Below are positions 24,905 through 38,590 of a stretch of 64,000 bases of DNA, in pieces. The notes under the pieces are model-generated. The model was not told the DNA's origin. It searched no databases and saw only the letters and a list, made by a program, of their open reading frames with translations. The stretch's first letter is position 1. Every line of letters starts with the position of its first letter. Both the position numbers and the translations under genes were made by a program. The stretch lies in NCBI GenBank assembly GCA_951406725.2, contig OX597823.1, forward strand, positions 16,368,001 through 16,432,000, in the 5' to 3' direction. This DNA is from Octopus vulgaris (lineage: Eukaryota).

Positions 24905-25165
24905 TCATCGTCATCATCATCGTCGTTTAACGTCCGCTCTCCATGCTAGCATGGGTTGGACGGTTCGACCGGGGTTCTGGGAAGCCAGAAGGCTGCACCA
25001 GGCTCCAGTCTAAATTTGGCAATGTTTCTACAGCTGGATGCCCTTCCTAACGCCAACCACTCCGTGAGTGTAGTGGGTGCTTTTTACGTGCCACCTGCAC
25101 AGGTGCCAGGCGGGGCTGGCAACGGCCACGGTCAGATTGGTGTATTTTATGTGCCACCGGCACGG
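24905..25165 (-). mobile_element. RTE 3' UTR-derived short copy
   Basis: Reverse complement of the tail at 6190-6368 with (CAT)n. Confidence 0.85.
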
Positions 25166-25586
25166 TGTGACAAATACAGTGTCTTAAGTGTATTGACAGA
25201 TTAGTGGCACAGTGATGGCCACCAAATACTACAGGCATAGTACCAGCACATGATCAATACTACAAGCACCACTCTCATGAATACTAACAATACACCACTC
25301 CACCAATAAATGATAAAGCTTCTTCTCGAGTCAATATGGACTCATAGGGTTTCCTTGCTGGATGGGACAATGGTCAAATGCAGCGATACTCATTTTTGCT
25401 ATGTGAGTGGACTGAAGGAATGTGAAAGAAGGTGCACCCAATTGCAGAAAATCTACCTCAATAAACTCCATATGACCCATGCAAACACGGAAAAGTGGAT
25501 GCGGATAATGATGATTAATGTGCTATTCTATACTGAAGATATTTGGGCATAATCTCAAGAAAATTTGCCTGCTGTTTCATCTAGTG

Positions 25587-25854
25587 CTGTGGTTCCCAAC
25601 CAGGTGTCCATGGGCCCCTGGTGGTCTGCAAAGGTGGAACTGGGGACCCATGAACTAAGTTTCTCACACATTAACTTGTGTAAGCAGACCTAAGTAAAAT
25701 GTTAGAGAAAGAAACCTCACCATTTCTTGTAATATATACATCTAAAGTAAATATTTTTCAGGAGCCCTTAAAATACTGTTGTGGATTCCCAATTTATTAT
25801 TTTGTAAGCATGGACCCCCAAAAACCTTATATCGACTCCAGTTGAGAACCACTG
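25587..25854. mobile_element. Degenerate hAT MITE related to 14227-14578
   Basis: Ends CTGTGGTTCCCAAC / GTTGAGAACCACTG; internal sequence is the reverse complement of part of the 14227 element. Confidence 0.7.
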
Positions 25855-27239
25855 GTTTAGAGGCTCCCTTGCAGTGAGATCTTACAGTGGCTAGTGATGA
25901 AGCATTCACCATCAACAACTAAAGATATATTGATGCCAATGAACAAGCTTCAACACAATGGCTCAACCTACTTAACATAACTGCTATCTCTCTCTCTCTC
26001 AAAGTACACTTATCTATCATCTTAAAAAAAAGGTAAATGTACATAGGACAACATAGTTATAGATATACAAAAAGCACAGGATGGTCATGGCTGGAATACG
26101 TTTGAATTTATCATAGCTCTGCTCTGCCAGGGCTAACATGGGTTAAATTAACATCAACAAATGTTACTTAGCGGTTCGGCAAAAGAGACCGATAGAATAA
26201 GTACTGGGCTTACAAAAGAATAAGTCCCGGGGTCGAGTTGCTCGATTAAAGGCGGTGCTCCAGCATGGCCGCAGTCAAATGACTGAAACAAGTAAAAGAG
26301 TAAAAAAAAAAAAAGAGTAACCAGTTATTGAAGTGTGGGGGGGGGGGAAGGAATCAAAATAAAGTAGAAAAAATATGTATATCGTCAAAAAAAAATTGTG
26401 GGGACATGATAATCATGAAAATGTGGAACATGATAATCATTTTCTCTCTCTCTCTGTGATGAAAGAGAAACACAAGGTTCTAAAGGAAGAGAGAAAGGGT
26501 GCATTTAATTATATTATTGTCATGATGTGTGAATGGACTCGACTACACATCTAACTCTTGTGGTAATACCCTTACTACCACAACTACTACCATTTCTATC
26601 GCCACCACCAACGCCACCACCACTACAATCACCAGCCTCTGTAACAGGTTGTTGTTTTGTCACCAGAGAACAACACTTTTGACAAGATCATTCAGTGCCT
26701 GGGGGTGGGGGTGGGGGGTAAGGAAAGGGCTTTAAAGTATAGTAATGTAAGGACATGTATGTACAGCACTCTAGAAAGCAATGAGTGAGGGAGGGTAAAG
26801 TTGCAAGAATCTACCTGTCACCTGACATGTGATAATAAAATTGTTGAGAAGGTATGTTGTATGTAGGATGCACTTATGTATGCAGGTGTGTGTGTGTGTG
26901 TGTGTGTGTAAAACTAGCCTTTATGTTTGAATGGTGTGAGTATATGTGTGTGTGTGTGTATATATAGAAAGAGAAGGAGAGAGAGGGGGAGATGATATGT
27001 ATGTTAGGGGAAAGAAAAAGTAGTTCAACTTTAGTTTAAAATTGTCCCCAAAATAGCAAAAACGGTTTATATTCTGTCATTACCTGTCAAGAGTGTACAT
27101 ATGTGATTAGTGCTGTTATAATTATATGATTAAGATGTTCACTGCCCATGTATGAAGTCCTGGTCCAACCAAGCCCTTGTGATTAAGCCTTAACACTACA
27201 TTAGGGACCAAAGTGTCTGTGGAATACTCAGCCACTTTA

Positions 27240-27620
27240 CACTAGAAATAGCAGCCAAATTTCTATCATACTACATCCTCTGACCTTAAGAAAGGAAAAA
27301 TACATTGGATAATGCAGATCTAGATATACTGTTATAATAAAGATAATTCATCTAGGAAGCTTTTAATTACAGATCTTCATGATTAGGACTAACCTAGAGC
27401 TAAATCACAATATATACATTGGTGTGTTTGCTGTTCAACCCCAGGTTGGCTCTGATTAAATAGGCCTGTGATCAAAAGCTTTTTAGCCATGACTGCTCCA
27501 TCATTTTTTTTTTTAAACGATGTCTTCTAAGACTACATAGTCCATCATACACTTCTTTTGACTTTTAAGGTGATAGGATGTGATTTGAGTGAGACAGGGG
27601 CTGTTATTTCCAGTACATCA
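27240..27620. mobile_element. Inverted pair of old CAA-tailed elements (family D)
   Basis: CTAGAAATAGCAGCCAAAT...CATTGGATAAT...GAGCTAAA on + (27240-27410) followed by an opposite-orientation copy (27425-27620). The family recurs about 20 times, for example near 1240-1580, 9470-9640, 21020-21210, 25960-26160, 33120-33420 and 62505-63095. Confidence 0.65.
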
Positions 27621-28322
27621 AGCAGATTCCCTTTATTAAGTTCATGCATGTAAGAGGTAAGGTGAAAAAGAAGACAGGACAATTAGTTTATGCTGGTAGG
27701 TGGTGGTGGTGGTGGGAGATAAGGAAGAGAATTGCCCATTATGTTTCCTGGTGCAGGCAGTTAAGAAATTCACTTCCCAACAATAAGGTTTTGGATTCAG
27801 TCCCACTTCATGGCACTTTGGCAAAAAGGTGCTTTCCACTATAGTCCTTCATTCAGGGTCTTTCAACCAGCTTCACTCAAGGCAAAATGAATTCAATTAT
27901 TTGATTAGTGGTTAGGATTCAGAAGGAAGTAAGAGGAGGTTAGTTTGAATCAGAAATCAAATATGGCTGTGACATTCTATGGTTGACCTCGGCTTCACAC
28001 CAGTTGCTGGCAGAATTCGGTATTCTAACTAATTATATACTCTTTTACTTGTTTCTGTCATTTGACTGCGGCCATGCTGGAGCACCGCTTTTAGTCGAGC
28101 AAATCGACCCCAGGACTTATTCTTTGGAAGCCTAGTACTTATTCTATCAGCCTCTTTTTGACTCCAGTTACTCCAAGGTCCTGCTGGTAAGTGAAAAAAG
28201 CAAAGTTGACCCCACTCCAGCCCCTACTTGTATACATACACAACCCAGTGGGATTTGAGAATGTAAAGAGACATAACTAAAAGTCATCTGGTATTAAGTT
28301 ACATACCTTATATTCTAAGTAC

Positions 28323-28356
<34 letters not shown>

Positions 28357-28413
28357 GAAGAAGAAGAAGAAGAAGAAGAAGAAGAAGAAGAAGAACAACA
28401 ACAACAACAACAA
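28323..28413. repeat. (AG)n-(AAG)n-(AAC)n microsatellite
   Basis: Directly visible. Confidence 0.95.
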
Positions 28414-28721
28414 CCTTTGTCTCTTTATGAAATGGGATTCTGTGACAGGGGCAATTTTAACTTCTAAGGAAATACAAAAATTCAGTCAGCTGGGGCCAGG
28501 TTGGGTTGGGTCAAGTGTTAATAAGATTTTTTTAACATGAAGACAAAGACAGAAATTTGAGCTGAGGGAAGTATAGTCAACTTAATACTAGTAGTATCAT
28601 ATGACCAGTACTTACTTTTATAGGATCTGGAAAGATGAAAGACAAAGTTCATCACACCAGAATTTGAACTCAGAACAGAAAATGATATAATTCAAATAAA
28701 ATGTTTGTAATTATATACACA

Positions 28722-29510
28722 TAGGAGTTGCTGTGTGGTAAGAAACCTTTAAGTTCGGAACGGACCAGGTGCTTCGATGAAGCGAGGAGCTTGGCCGGGT
28801 GGAAAAATTGAAGAGGTGTATTACCTCAAAAAGAGACTAAAAGTGTAAAAAGTGAGAGGATTATTGCCTCGTGTTTGTGTTTTATTTTTAATTTTGAACT
28901 GTGTAAGAGGTTTATTGCCTCATTGTGTTTTTTTTTAAAAAAAAAAAAGAACAATGGTGCCCCAGCATGGCCACAGCTCATTAGCTGAAACTGGAAAAAT
29001 CAAAAAAATCAAAAAAAATGTTTTTGGCGCTTTTTGTCTTCTCCCATCCTTATCATCCATATATCATCATTATTCATCCCATTAATGTCTCTGTCTAGCC
29101 CTCAAGCTTCTCTCTGTGTGCTGCAAATTTAATGAAATAAAGAAGCTTGCTTCCCAACTACATGGTTCCGTGTTCAATCCCACTGCGTGGCATCTTGGGC
29201 AAGTGTCTTCTACTATGGCCTTGGGCTGACCAAAGCTCTGTGAGTGGATTTGGTAGACGGAAACTGAAAGAAGCCCGTCATGTACGCATGTATGTATGAA
29301 TTTGTGTGTCTGTGTTTGTCCCCCTACCATTACTTGACAGGCAATGTTGGTCTGTTTACACACCCATAACTTAGCGGTTCAGCAAAAGAGACCAATAGAA
29401 TAAGTACTAGGCTTACAAAGAATAAGTTCTGGGGTTGATTAGTTCAATTAAAGGCGCTGCTCCAGCATGGCCACAATCAAATGGCTGAAACTAATAAAAA
29501 AAATAAAAGA
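28722..29510 (+). mobile_element. SINE family A split by a ~400-bp insertion in its head
   Basis: GGAGTTGCTGTGTGGTAAGAA at about 28722-28744 resumes as AAGAAGCTTGCTTCCCAAC at about 29140. Confidence 0.75.
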
Positions 29511-29713
29511 CTACTGCAAGGTATTTTGGGGGCTTCCTTGTGTTCATCCACTGCTCTTTAACAGTAATGATAATTATAATGGTATTAAGGGTAACATTTA
29601 AGAAAGAAAAGAAGAAAAGAAAGATTAGAAGATAATAGAATATAAAAAAAAAAGTAAGTAGAGAAGATTAAGTAAATTGTAAAGATTTGAGGGGTGTGAA
29701 AAAAACGGAAGAA

Positions 29714-29759
<46 letters not shown>

Positions 29760-29849
29760 TATAAATTGTCTTTATCTTTTGTTTTCCTGTACATTTCAAC
29801 TATATATATATATATATATGTATGGTGGATGTATGTGTATGTAAATGAT

Positions 29850-29886
<37 letters not shown>

Positions 29887-30224
29887 GGAACAGAGAAAGA
29901 GAGAGTGAAAGAAAGAAGAGAAAGAATGAGAGGGAGGGAGGGAGGAAGATAAGTGGCTTCACAAGGAAATGCTTTGACAGAGTATATGTGTTTATGAACT
30001 ACTTAAACAGTAAGCTGCAGGTAAGTTAAAGTGACATAGCTATTTAAAAATACAGTAGATATTTTGCAACCAGCTTATTTGTCAGCAGAAATTGTGAGGA
30101 TGATCCGGCTATTGACTGAAGATTGAAGGCTTTGAAATTTCCTGTCCGTGTTTTTTTTTTTCGGCTTCCAAATGTTTTGCGTTCTTATCCCAGTTTGTAT
30201 TTATATATGTATATATATATATAT

Positions 30225-30495
30225 GGCTGGCTTCCGTGCTGGTGGCACATTAAAAGCTCCAACCGATCGTGGCCGATGCCGGGACCCCCCTGGCACCTGT
30301 GCAGGTGGCACGTAAAAAGCACCCACTACACTCGCGGAGTGGTTGGCGTTAGGAAGGGCATCCAGCAGTAGAAACTCTGCCAGATCAGACTGGAGCCTGG
30401 TGCAGCCCCTGGCTTCCCAGACCCCGGTCGAACCGTCCAACCCATGCTAGTGCGGAAAACGGATGTTAAACGATGATGATGATGATGATGATGAT
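30225..30495 (+). mobile_element. RTE 3' UTR-derived short copy
   Basis: Same tail and (GAT)n end as the other copies. Confidence 0.85.
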
Positions 30496-31004
30496 CTTTC
30501 TATCTTTCCATCTATCCATCTATCTATCAATCTTCCCAACAGCAAGCAACCTGTTGGAAAGAGCTTTTTTTTTTTGTTCAGCAAAAGACAGACAATAAAG
30601 AAAGGAATACAATAAAGAAAGGAAAAGCCAAAAATGAAGAGGACGTTGTTCCAAGAGCTCTTGTGTATGTGTGTGTGTGCTTTTTTTTTTTTCACTCAGG
30701 GTGGCAGTTCCTTGTCTTCAGGCAGATACGAACAGAGATAGGATAAAAGATACTCATCAACTTGCCCACTTCACTTTAGTTACTTGCCTGGAGGTATGTG
30801 GGATGAGGCAAGGTGTTTTCAAAACATTACCAAATAAAAATTTACATGTAGATGATATGATGATAAACAAGACATGGGAACCTACCAAGCTGGGATAGCA
30901 GGAAGATATATATATGTGTGTATATATATATATATATATGTGTGTGTATATGTGTATATACATATATATGTATACATATATGTATGTATATATATGTGTG
31001 TGTT

Positions 31005-31040
<36 letters not shown>

Positions 31041-31094
31041 CATATATGTGTATATATGTGTGTCTGTGTATATATATATATATATATATATACA

Positions 31095-31172
31095 CTTGGG
31101 CAAGTGTCTTCTACTATAGCCAACCAAAGCCTTGTGAGTTGATTTGGTAGACGGAAGCTGAAAGAAGTCCTC

Positions 31173-31223
<51 letters not shown>

Positions 31224-31420
31224 TGTGTATCCACTGCTTGACAACTGATAATAGTGCATTTATGTCATAATTTAGCGGTCCGGCAAAAGAGACCAATACA
31301 GCAAGAATCAGGTTTAAAAAAAAAATAAGTATGGGGTCAATACATTCAACTAAAATTTCAAGGCAGTGCCCCAGCATGGCCACAGTCAAGTGACTGAAAC
31401 AAGTGAAAGATAAAAGGTAA
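31095..31420 (+). mobile_element. SINE family A (5'-truncated)
   Basis: Family A body with internal (TG)n. Confidence 0.8.
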
Positions 31421-32240
31421 AAGAAGACACATCAAAACATACATTGATTTCTTGTTGACTAAGAGAGCATAACTGATTGTATTAACCTTAGTATATGACT
31501 GGTACTTCATCAACTCCACCAGAGATAAAATAGAGCTGACTTTGGACAGAATTTTAACTCAGGAGTCAAAGGTCAAAAAAAAAAAAAAGAAAGAAAAAAA
31601 GTGAAAAAGAAAAGTTGCATCAACTAGTTTTCATCTAGCCTACAAGATCTGCAACCTCAGTTATCTGCACCACCCCAGTTATAAACTTATTTACATATTA
31701 TTGAACAAGATTAATCTAATTAAAATGACTCTGGTTAATTACAGGGCAAGGACACAGGAGAAAGAAAGAGAGAGAGTGAGTGAGAAACAGGTAGTGAGAG
31801 AGAAAGAGAAGGAAAGAGAGAGAAACAAGAACAAAATATTTGAAGAAAAAAAAAAAAACTTTAAAATATAACCAAACCTGAAACACAAGAATAGTTACAA
31901 AAGAAAATAAAACCAAAATATAAAAACCAAATCAAAGCAGAATATAAGAAGAGTGCTAACTGGTGTGAAAGCACAATTTTTATTTCTCAGGAGTTCAAAT
32001 TACCATTTTCTCTTCAGAGAAAGGGATTTTCTTTTTCCCACAATATACATACACCCACCACCCCTATAGCAGCTCACCCATCCAGCAAGAAGCTTTTGCT
32101 GCCTGCTTTTAGTTAGTTAAGAGCCAGGGTGTCTTTTCATGGTGGGAAATAAGTTGAATAGTATTTTACTTGTTGCTTCTGTGATGCTTCTGTTTTACTA
32201 GGAAAACTGTATAATTAATTATAATCTTTAGCTACCAGGG

Positions 32241-32274
<34 letters not shown>

Positions 32275-32547
32275 CCCTTTTTTCCACAATTCACCCATCC
32301 AGCAAGAAACTATCAGCTAAGGAGGAACCCTGTAGCTTGTCCTACTAGAAACAGCAGCTAAATCTCCATCAAATTACATCCCACTGGTTTAGAAAAGAAC
32401 GTAGAACCTGGTTGTGATTTAAGGACATTTTGCTAAGGTCCTTTAAGGGTTCAAACGACAAGATTGAGAGAGTGAGAGAAACGGAGAAATAGACAGATAG
32501 CAAGATAGGGAAGATAGAGATAAAGAGAGAAAATGATGGCTGGAAGA

Positions 32548-33345
32548 GTAAGAGAAATATATATATATATAGAAAGAGAAAGATGTGAGAGACAGAGAGA
32601 GACATAAGGAGAAAGGTGACAAGACAGAAAAATAGAAGCTGACAGTGATAATGAGAGATAGAGAAAGATAAAAATGAGAGAGCTGAATTTAGTTTATCAA
32701 GATTGGAAGTTGTCACAGTTCATGTCTGGAAGCTGGAACCAGATGATCAATGTGTGTGTGTGTGTGTGAGAAAGGATGTATCTGACTATTCAAAAAGCAA
32801 ACCCAGTGATAAGCAAAGGCATTGACTGTCTCAACCAAGCAGAATTATGGAGAAGGGGGGTGAGGATTAAGGAAAAGTTCCCCCCTCTACCCCTACCACC
32901 CCAATTAATCCTCCAATTTTTCTCCCGCTCTTCACTAAACTGTATGTACTTATAATCTGTCACAAACACCCAACATCACGCACACATACGCACACACACA
33001 CACACATTAAGATAGATGCCAGATCAGCAAGCAATATCAGACAGGTTCAACAAAACAGGTGGATTAGGAAGAGGAAACTATTTTTGGCATGATAACATAA
33101 CATGGAAGCCAGTAGGGCAGTTGCTTGACCTGCTAGAAATAGCAACCAAATTTGCTTGAATCCCACCATCTTAAAAAGAAACAGGCACATTAACTAAATT
33201 CAGCTCTCTCTCAGTCCCACCTCATTTTTACCTTTCTCTATCTCTCATTATCACTGTCAGCGTGTCTCTGCTTCTATTTTTCTGTCTTGTCACCTTTCTC
33301 CTTATGTCTCTCACATCTTTCTCTCTATATATAGATATCTCTTAC
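32548..33345. repeat. Local inverted duplication (arms about 32548-32694 and 33192-33345)
   Basis: GACATAAGGAGAAAGGTGACAAGACAGAAAAATAGAAGC...CTGACAGTGATAATGAGAGATAGAGAAAG...GAGAGCTGAATTTAGTT is present as a reverse complement about 500 nt downstream, with small indels. Confidence 0.9.
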
Positions 33346-34101
33346 ATACAATAAGACAGGAAAGTCATGGCCGGAATGGTTTTGATTGCAGGTCTGACTT
33401 GGGACTACACAGCAACAACAGTTAATTGAGAGTGATAATATAAATAACAGTCATGTACTTGAGTTTAATTAATTAATTAATTAATTACTCTTTCTGTTGA
33501 AATTTGTGGCCTTGTGCCTTAGCAGAATCATTAAAACATCAAACAAAACGCTATCTGGAATTGGTCCTAAGTCTTAAGTATCAGCCAAATTCAATAACCC
33601 CAAACCCCTAAATTTCTAACCTTGTGGCTTTGTAAGAAATTACTTAGATGATAACAATTTCATCAGCCATGGAAGAGAAATTACATGAAAGTGAAAAAGA
33701 GAAAGAGAGAGAGAATGTGGGATGGGTAAAGAGAAGGAGAGATAACAAGTGCTAAATTTGAATACGCCAGTGTTTATATGCTCCACTGACTCAGTTAAAA
33801 TGTCCATATTATATCCTTCCAAATATCACGGACATTTTCCAGTGACTCGTTTCATTCAATACTCATGTCGACAAACAATGGTGAAAATAATATACACAAG
33901 GCGACAGGGCCAGTGTAATTGTGAAACAACACAGCAGAACAATTTTTATTCACTTACATTAGACAGGCCTTGTGCTTATGCTAGAAATAATTAAGTATTA
34001 TTATTGTTGTTATTAATTTGTTTCTCTCTTTTTTTTTTTAATTTTTGTTTTTGCTTCTCCCTTTTTGAAGTATTTAAAATGAAGGGAACAAAAAATATAC
34101 C

Positions 34102-34259
34102 ATGTGGTAAGTAGCTTGCTTACCAACCACATGGTTCCGGGTTCAGTCCCACTGTGTGGCATCTTGGGCAAGTGTCTTCTACTATAGCCTCAGGCCAACC
34201 AAAGCACTTTGTGAGTGGATTTGGTAGACGGAAACTGAAAGAAGCCCGTCGTATATATG

Positions 34260-34292
<33 letters not shown>

Positions 34293-34465
34293 TTGACAAC
34301 CGATACTGGTGTGTTTACGTCCCCGTCACTTAGCGGTTCGGCAAAAGAGACCAATAGAATAAGTACTGGGCTTACAAAGAATAAGTCCCGGGGTCGATTT
34401 GCTCGACTAAAGGTGGTGCTCCAGCATGGCCGCAGTCAAATGACTGAAACAAGTAAATGAGTAAA

Positions 34466-34468
<3 letters not shown>
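34102..34468 (+). mobile_element. Young SINE family A copy
   Basis: Near-consensus, CpG-retaining copy. Confidence 0.9.
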
Positions 34469-34497
<29 letters not shown>

Positions 34498-34499
<2 letters not shown>

Positions 34500-34906
34500 C
34501 TCTTTTACTCTTTTACTTGTTTCAGTCATCCGACTGCGGCCATGCTGGAGCACCGCCTTTAGTCGAGCAAATCAACCCCGGGACTTATTCTTTGTAAGCC
34601 CAGTACTTATTCTATCGGTCTCTTTTGCCGAACCGCTAAGTAACGGGGACGTAAACACGCCAGCATCGGTTGTCAAGCAATGCTAGGGGGACAGACACAC
34701 AAACACACACACATACAAATACATATATATATATATACATATATACGACAGGCTTCTTTCAGTTTCCATCTACCAAATCCACTCATAAGGCATTGGTCGG
34801 CCCGGGGCTATAGCAGAAGACACTTGCCCAAGGTGCCACGCAGTGGGACTGAACCCGGAACCATGTGGTTGGTTAGCAAGCTACTTACCACACAGCCACT
34901 CCTGCG

Positions 34907-34908
<2 letters not shown>
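34498..34908 (-). mobile_element. Young full-length SINE family A copy, tail-to-tail with the previous one
   Basis: Reverse complement of family A including the head GGCGCAGGAGTGGCTGTGTGGTAAG. Confidence 0.9.
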
Positions 34909-34948
<40 letters not shown>

Positions 34949-35174
34949 TCTCAAAATGATACAAAAAGAAACAAAAAACAAAAGATAGACAAATGAGGGA
35001 ATAACAAAAACTTGGTTATGCTCTTTTCTTTCTCAAACTGATGGGGTTTTTTTGTCTTCTTGTGCTGTGCCTGTGGGTATTGGGCAACTATGGACTTCTA
35101 CACAAAGATCAGAGGATTCATGATTTTTCTTGAGAAACAGTTCGTCACTTTCTGCTAGCCTATTTTTTTTTTTT

Positions 35175-35565
35175 ATTCTTTTACTTGTTTCAATCATTTC
35201 ACTACAGCCATGCTGGAGCACCACCTTAAAAGGTTTTAGTCAAAGAAATCAACCCCAGAACTTATTCTTTGTAAGCCTAATACTCATTCTATCAGTCACT
35301 TTTGCTGAACTGCTAAGTTATGGGGACATAAACACACCAACATCGGTTGTCAAGTGATAATGGGGGGGGACAAACAAAAACACACATATGCACATAGATA
35401 TACAATACATATATACAACAGGCTTCTTTCAGTTTCCATCTACCAAATCAACTCACGAGGCTTTGGTCGGCCCAAGGCTATAGTAGAAGACACTTGCCCA
35501 AGGTCCCATGCAGCGGGACTGAAAATGGAACCATATGGTTGGGAAGCAGGCTTCTTACTACGCCT
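35175..35565 (-). mobile_element. SINE family A
   Basis: Diverged reverse copy. Confidence 0.82.
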
Positions 35566-36031
35566 GTACAATTCTTTTAGGTATTACACAATTCACAATT
35601 TGTTACAAGTTTCAGAAACTCAAATAATCCTTTCAGAACCCAAAAATAATCCTGATATAATTTAACTCCTAGTTGAGCTGTTTTTTTTAAGCTTTTCCTG
35701 TTTGATATGATTTGAAGGAGATTTAACAACTATTTCTAGCAGATGGAGTGACCACATAGCATCTCCTTCACTAACTCAGGATAATATCCTGTTTTATGAA
35801 GTCGTGAGTCATGATAGTGAACATTCTGCTTTAATCCTTTTGCAACTTTATTTCTAACATACTGCCTATGTGTTTCAATTCATTTTGAAAATGATGAAGA
35901 ATTTGGAGGAATTTCCTGTGTTCAAGGAAGTTTGGTTTTTTCTTTTCTTCATAGCTTAGCTAAATGTTTGAAACATGACTTAAAAGAAAAATGCTTCGAC
36001 ATAAAATTATATAGAAAGGTTTTTAACTTAA

Positions 36032-36252
36032 CCCTTTAGTGTTCGCATTATTCTGCCAAAATTAATGCTTCTTCATCCACCTTGTTTTGAACTAATCATG
36101 CATTATCTTGTAGCTATGAGATTTTGATGAGGTAGCTGTTAATTTTTAAAACGATATTGTAGGGTTGGTGTGAGAGACCAGATCTGGCCAGTTTGAACAT
36201 AAAACAGGCAGAATACTTTTGGCCGGATATGGCCGGTTTAAATGCTAAAGGG
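36032..36252. mobile_element. piggyBac-type MITE
   Basis: TTAA|CCCTTTAG ... CTAAAGGG|TTAA. Confidence 0.8.
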
Positions 36253-37106
36253 TTAAAGATGAACATTTTAAACTGGGTATTTTATATTGTAGAATCAGAC
36301 ACAGTCTTAAGCATGTTAGGATCAAATGGGTTTTAACTGTGTGAGGAAAATGAATTAATTGACCACTTTTGGAACATTAAACAGAATTCTTCATCATTTG
36401 TACATTTTGGATACCTCTAAGTATATAAATAAAAAGAGCTGACTGTCTTCAAAGCACAATCAGAGAAACCCTTGCCTTCTATCTTACTAGTACTAATTTC
36501 TAAATATTTGGATCCCCAATTTACTATTTTGTTATGTAGACCCTAAAAATCTCATATGGACCCTCAGGGGCCATATGGACCCCAGTTGAGAATCACCAGT
36601 GTAGTGGATCCCTCTATTATTTTATACTATTGAGTTGGCTAATAAGGGCTGCTTTGTTCTGGTTATGACCCTTTATAGATAAAAAGTAGTATGGCTGACA
36701 AACAGCACAGCTAAAGAGCCTTTAAATGTTTCTGTAGAAACTCTAGAGAAATTATTCATCCAATTCACAGGGCAATTAAACAGTTGCAAGCCATTGAATG
36801 ACAAACAGTTGCATAAGACTCTCTGGGCATCTCATAGAGTGTATCAAAACAAAACTGGAAAGATGATGCTATTGCTAGAACTCTAAAATGATAATAACAA
36901 TATAACCACCTGCACAGCTATGAGAGCAAACAGTGAAGAGAGCAAGGCATACTGAGTTAGGCTTCAGGGAAAAATGAAACAAGTGAGATGGGAAGAGAAG
37001 GAGATAAAGTATCAAATTTAACAACAGTCTCTGTTTTAATTGCTTGACTTGCAAACACATCATCTTATCAGAATAAGGAAAACTGCTTTCATAAAAATTC
37101 CTTTAA

Positions 37107-37444
37107 CCCTTTTGATACCAAACCAACCGTCTCTGGTTCTGAGTATAAATGTCTTGTTTTCATAAGTTTTGAATTAAAATTTCCCACCAAAACTTAGTCA
37201 CAATTTATGTTCCTAACACTAGCTTAACCCTTTTGTTACCAACCCGGCTGAAACCGGCTCTGGTTCTGAGTACTAATGTCTTGTTTTCATAAGTTTTGAA
37301 TTAAAATTTTCCACCAAAACTTAGTCACAATTTATGTTCCTAACACTAGCTGAATGATAAATAAGTTATTTTACTAAATTCTTTGTTATATTTAAAGTAA
37401 TTGAAAGAAACAGAGATTCTCAAAATAAAAACAATAACGAAGGG
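37107..37444. mobile_element. piggyBac-type MITE with duplicated left half
   Basis: TTAA|CCCTTTTG at 37107 and again at 37228, with about 117 nt duplicated; right end AAGGG|TTAA at 37444. Confidence 0.8.
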
Positions 37445-38590
37445 TTAAAGCTTTTTGACAAACGGCCAAACCCATATTATTCTAGCTAGACAAGCTTTTA
37501 CTTGTCACACAATTTATTTAATTTAAATTCTTGTTTTATAACTAACAACATGATATTAACATAATTTATTCCTTCTTTAAATAGCATAAGCATATACACT
37601 TACAATTTGATGTAACTAAATAAATCAGAACAAGTTCGGGAACTGTAGGAGTGTCAGCAATTTATGGAATGTATCAAGAGTTGTCAGCAAGCACCACACA
37701 GTTAACAAACAGACTAAGTGGTCAAGTGTGAGTGAGCAGGAATGAAACAAATAACACACAGCTAAATATGGTTAAGCAAAAACACACAGCTAAATATGGC
37801 TGACTATGTCATCTTATCTTTTAAGTGATTTTGTCAACCACGCCACACTTATATATTCATTTTATATTGCAATTATTGAACAATGTATGCCATTGGTTGC
37901 AGGTCTCCAACAAGCTGATCACAGATTCACTGCATTTCTGAATGTGAGAGTAAGAAGCAAGTTTCTGTAACCCAGCACAGAATGGATATTGCAAAGATCA
38001 CCACTAACATCCTTTACTAAAATGTATCCGTAAAAAACACACACACACACACATATGTGCATGTCTTGTGTATGAGTATGCATCTATACACACACACACA
38101 AGGACCCAGGACTACATAGTCACAAATCAAACTTCTGAACCACACAGTAATGTCTGCATTACAGTTCTTGTGTGAAGCCATTTCACTCCAGTTACATCTC
38201 TGAGAAAGGGAGAAGTCATAAACACCACAACATCTCATCCTTTCTTAACCTTCAAATATACAATTAAGGTAGTGTTTGACATATTTTATGTAGTGAGCAT
38301 TAAAAAAAAATACAAATAATTATGCAGTGGGGAAAAGAAATGACATCCACTCAAGAATTAATATCTTATTCAATTCAGCAAGGGAGAAAACTGCAAACAT
38401 ATTTCATTTGTATTAGATCTCTTCAGCAAAGCATAAACATCCCTTTCCTTGCCAAAGTAACGATGAATGCAAAATATATGTAGAGGTAAGATGATCAAAT
38501 GGTTAAGAGACTGAGTTGCTTCCTTAGCTGTCACTCATTCAGATTTGTTTGCACGAGTTTGTTGTTTTTCTGGACAGAATACTTTATTCT

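Noticed and set aside
38017-38045. VFFTDTF as candidate or alternative exon 2
   Set aside because: Preceded by (TG)n with no AG acceptor and followed by a stop; 7083-7131 fits fully.
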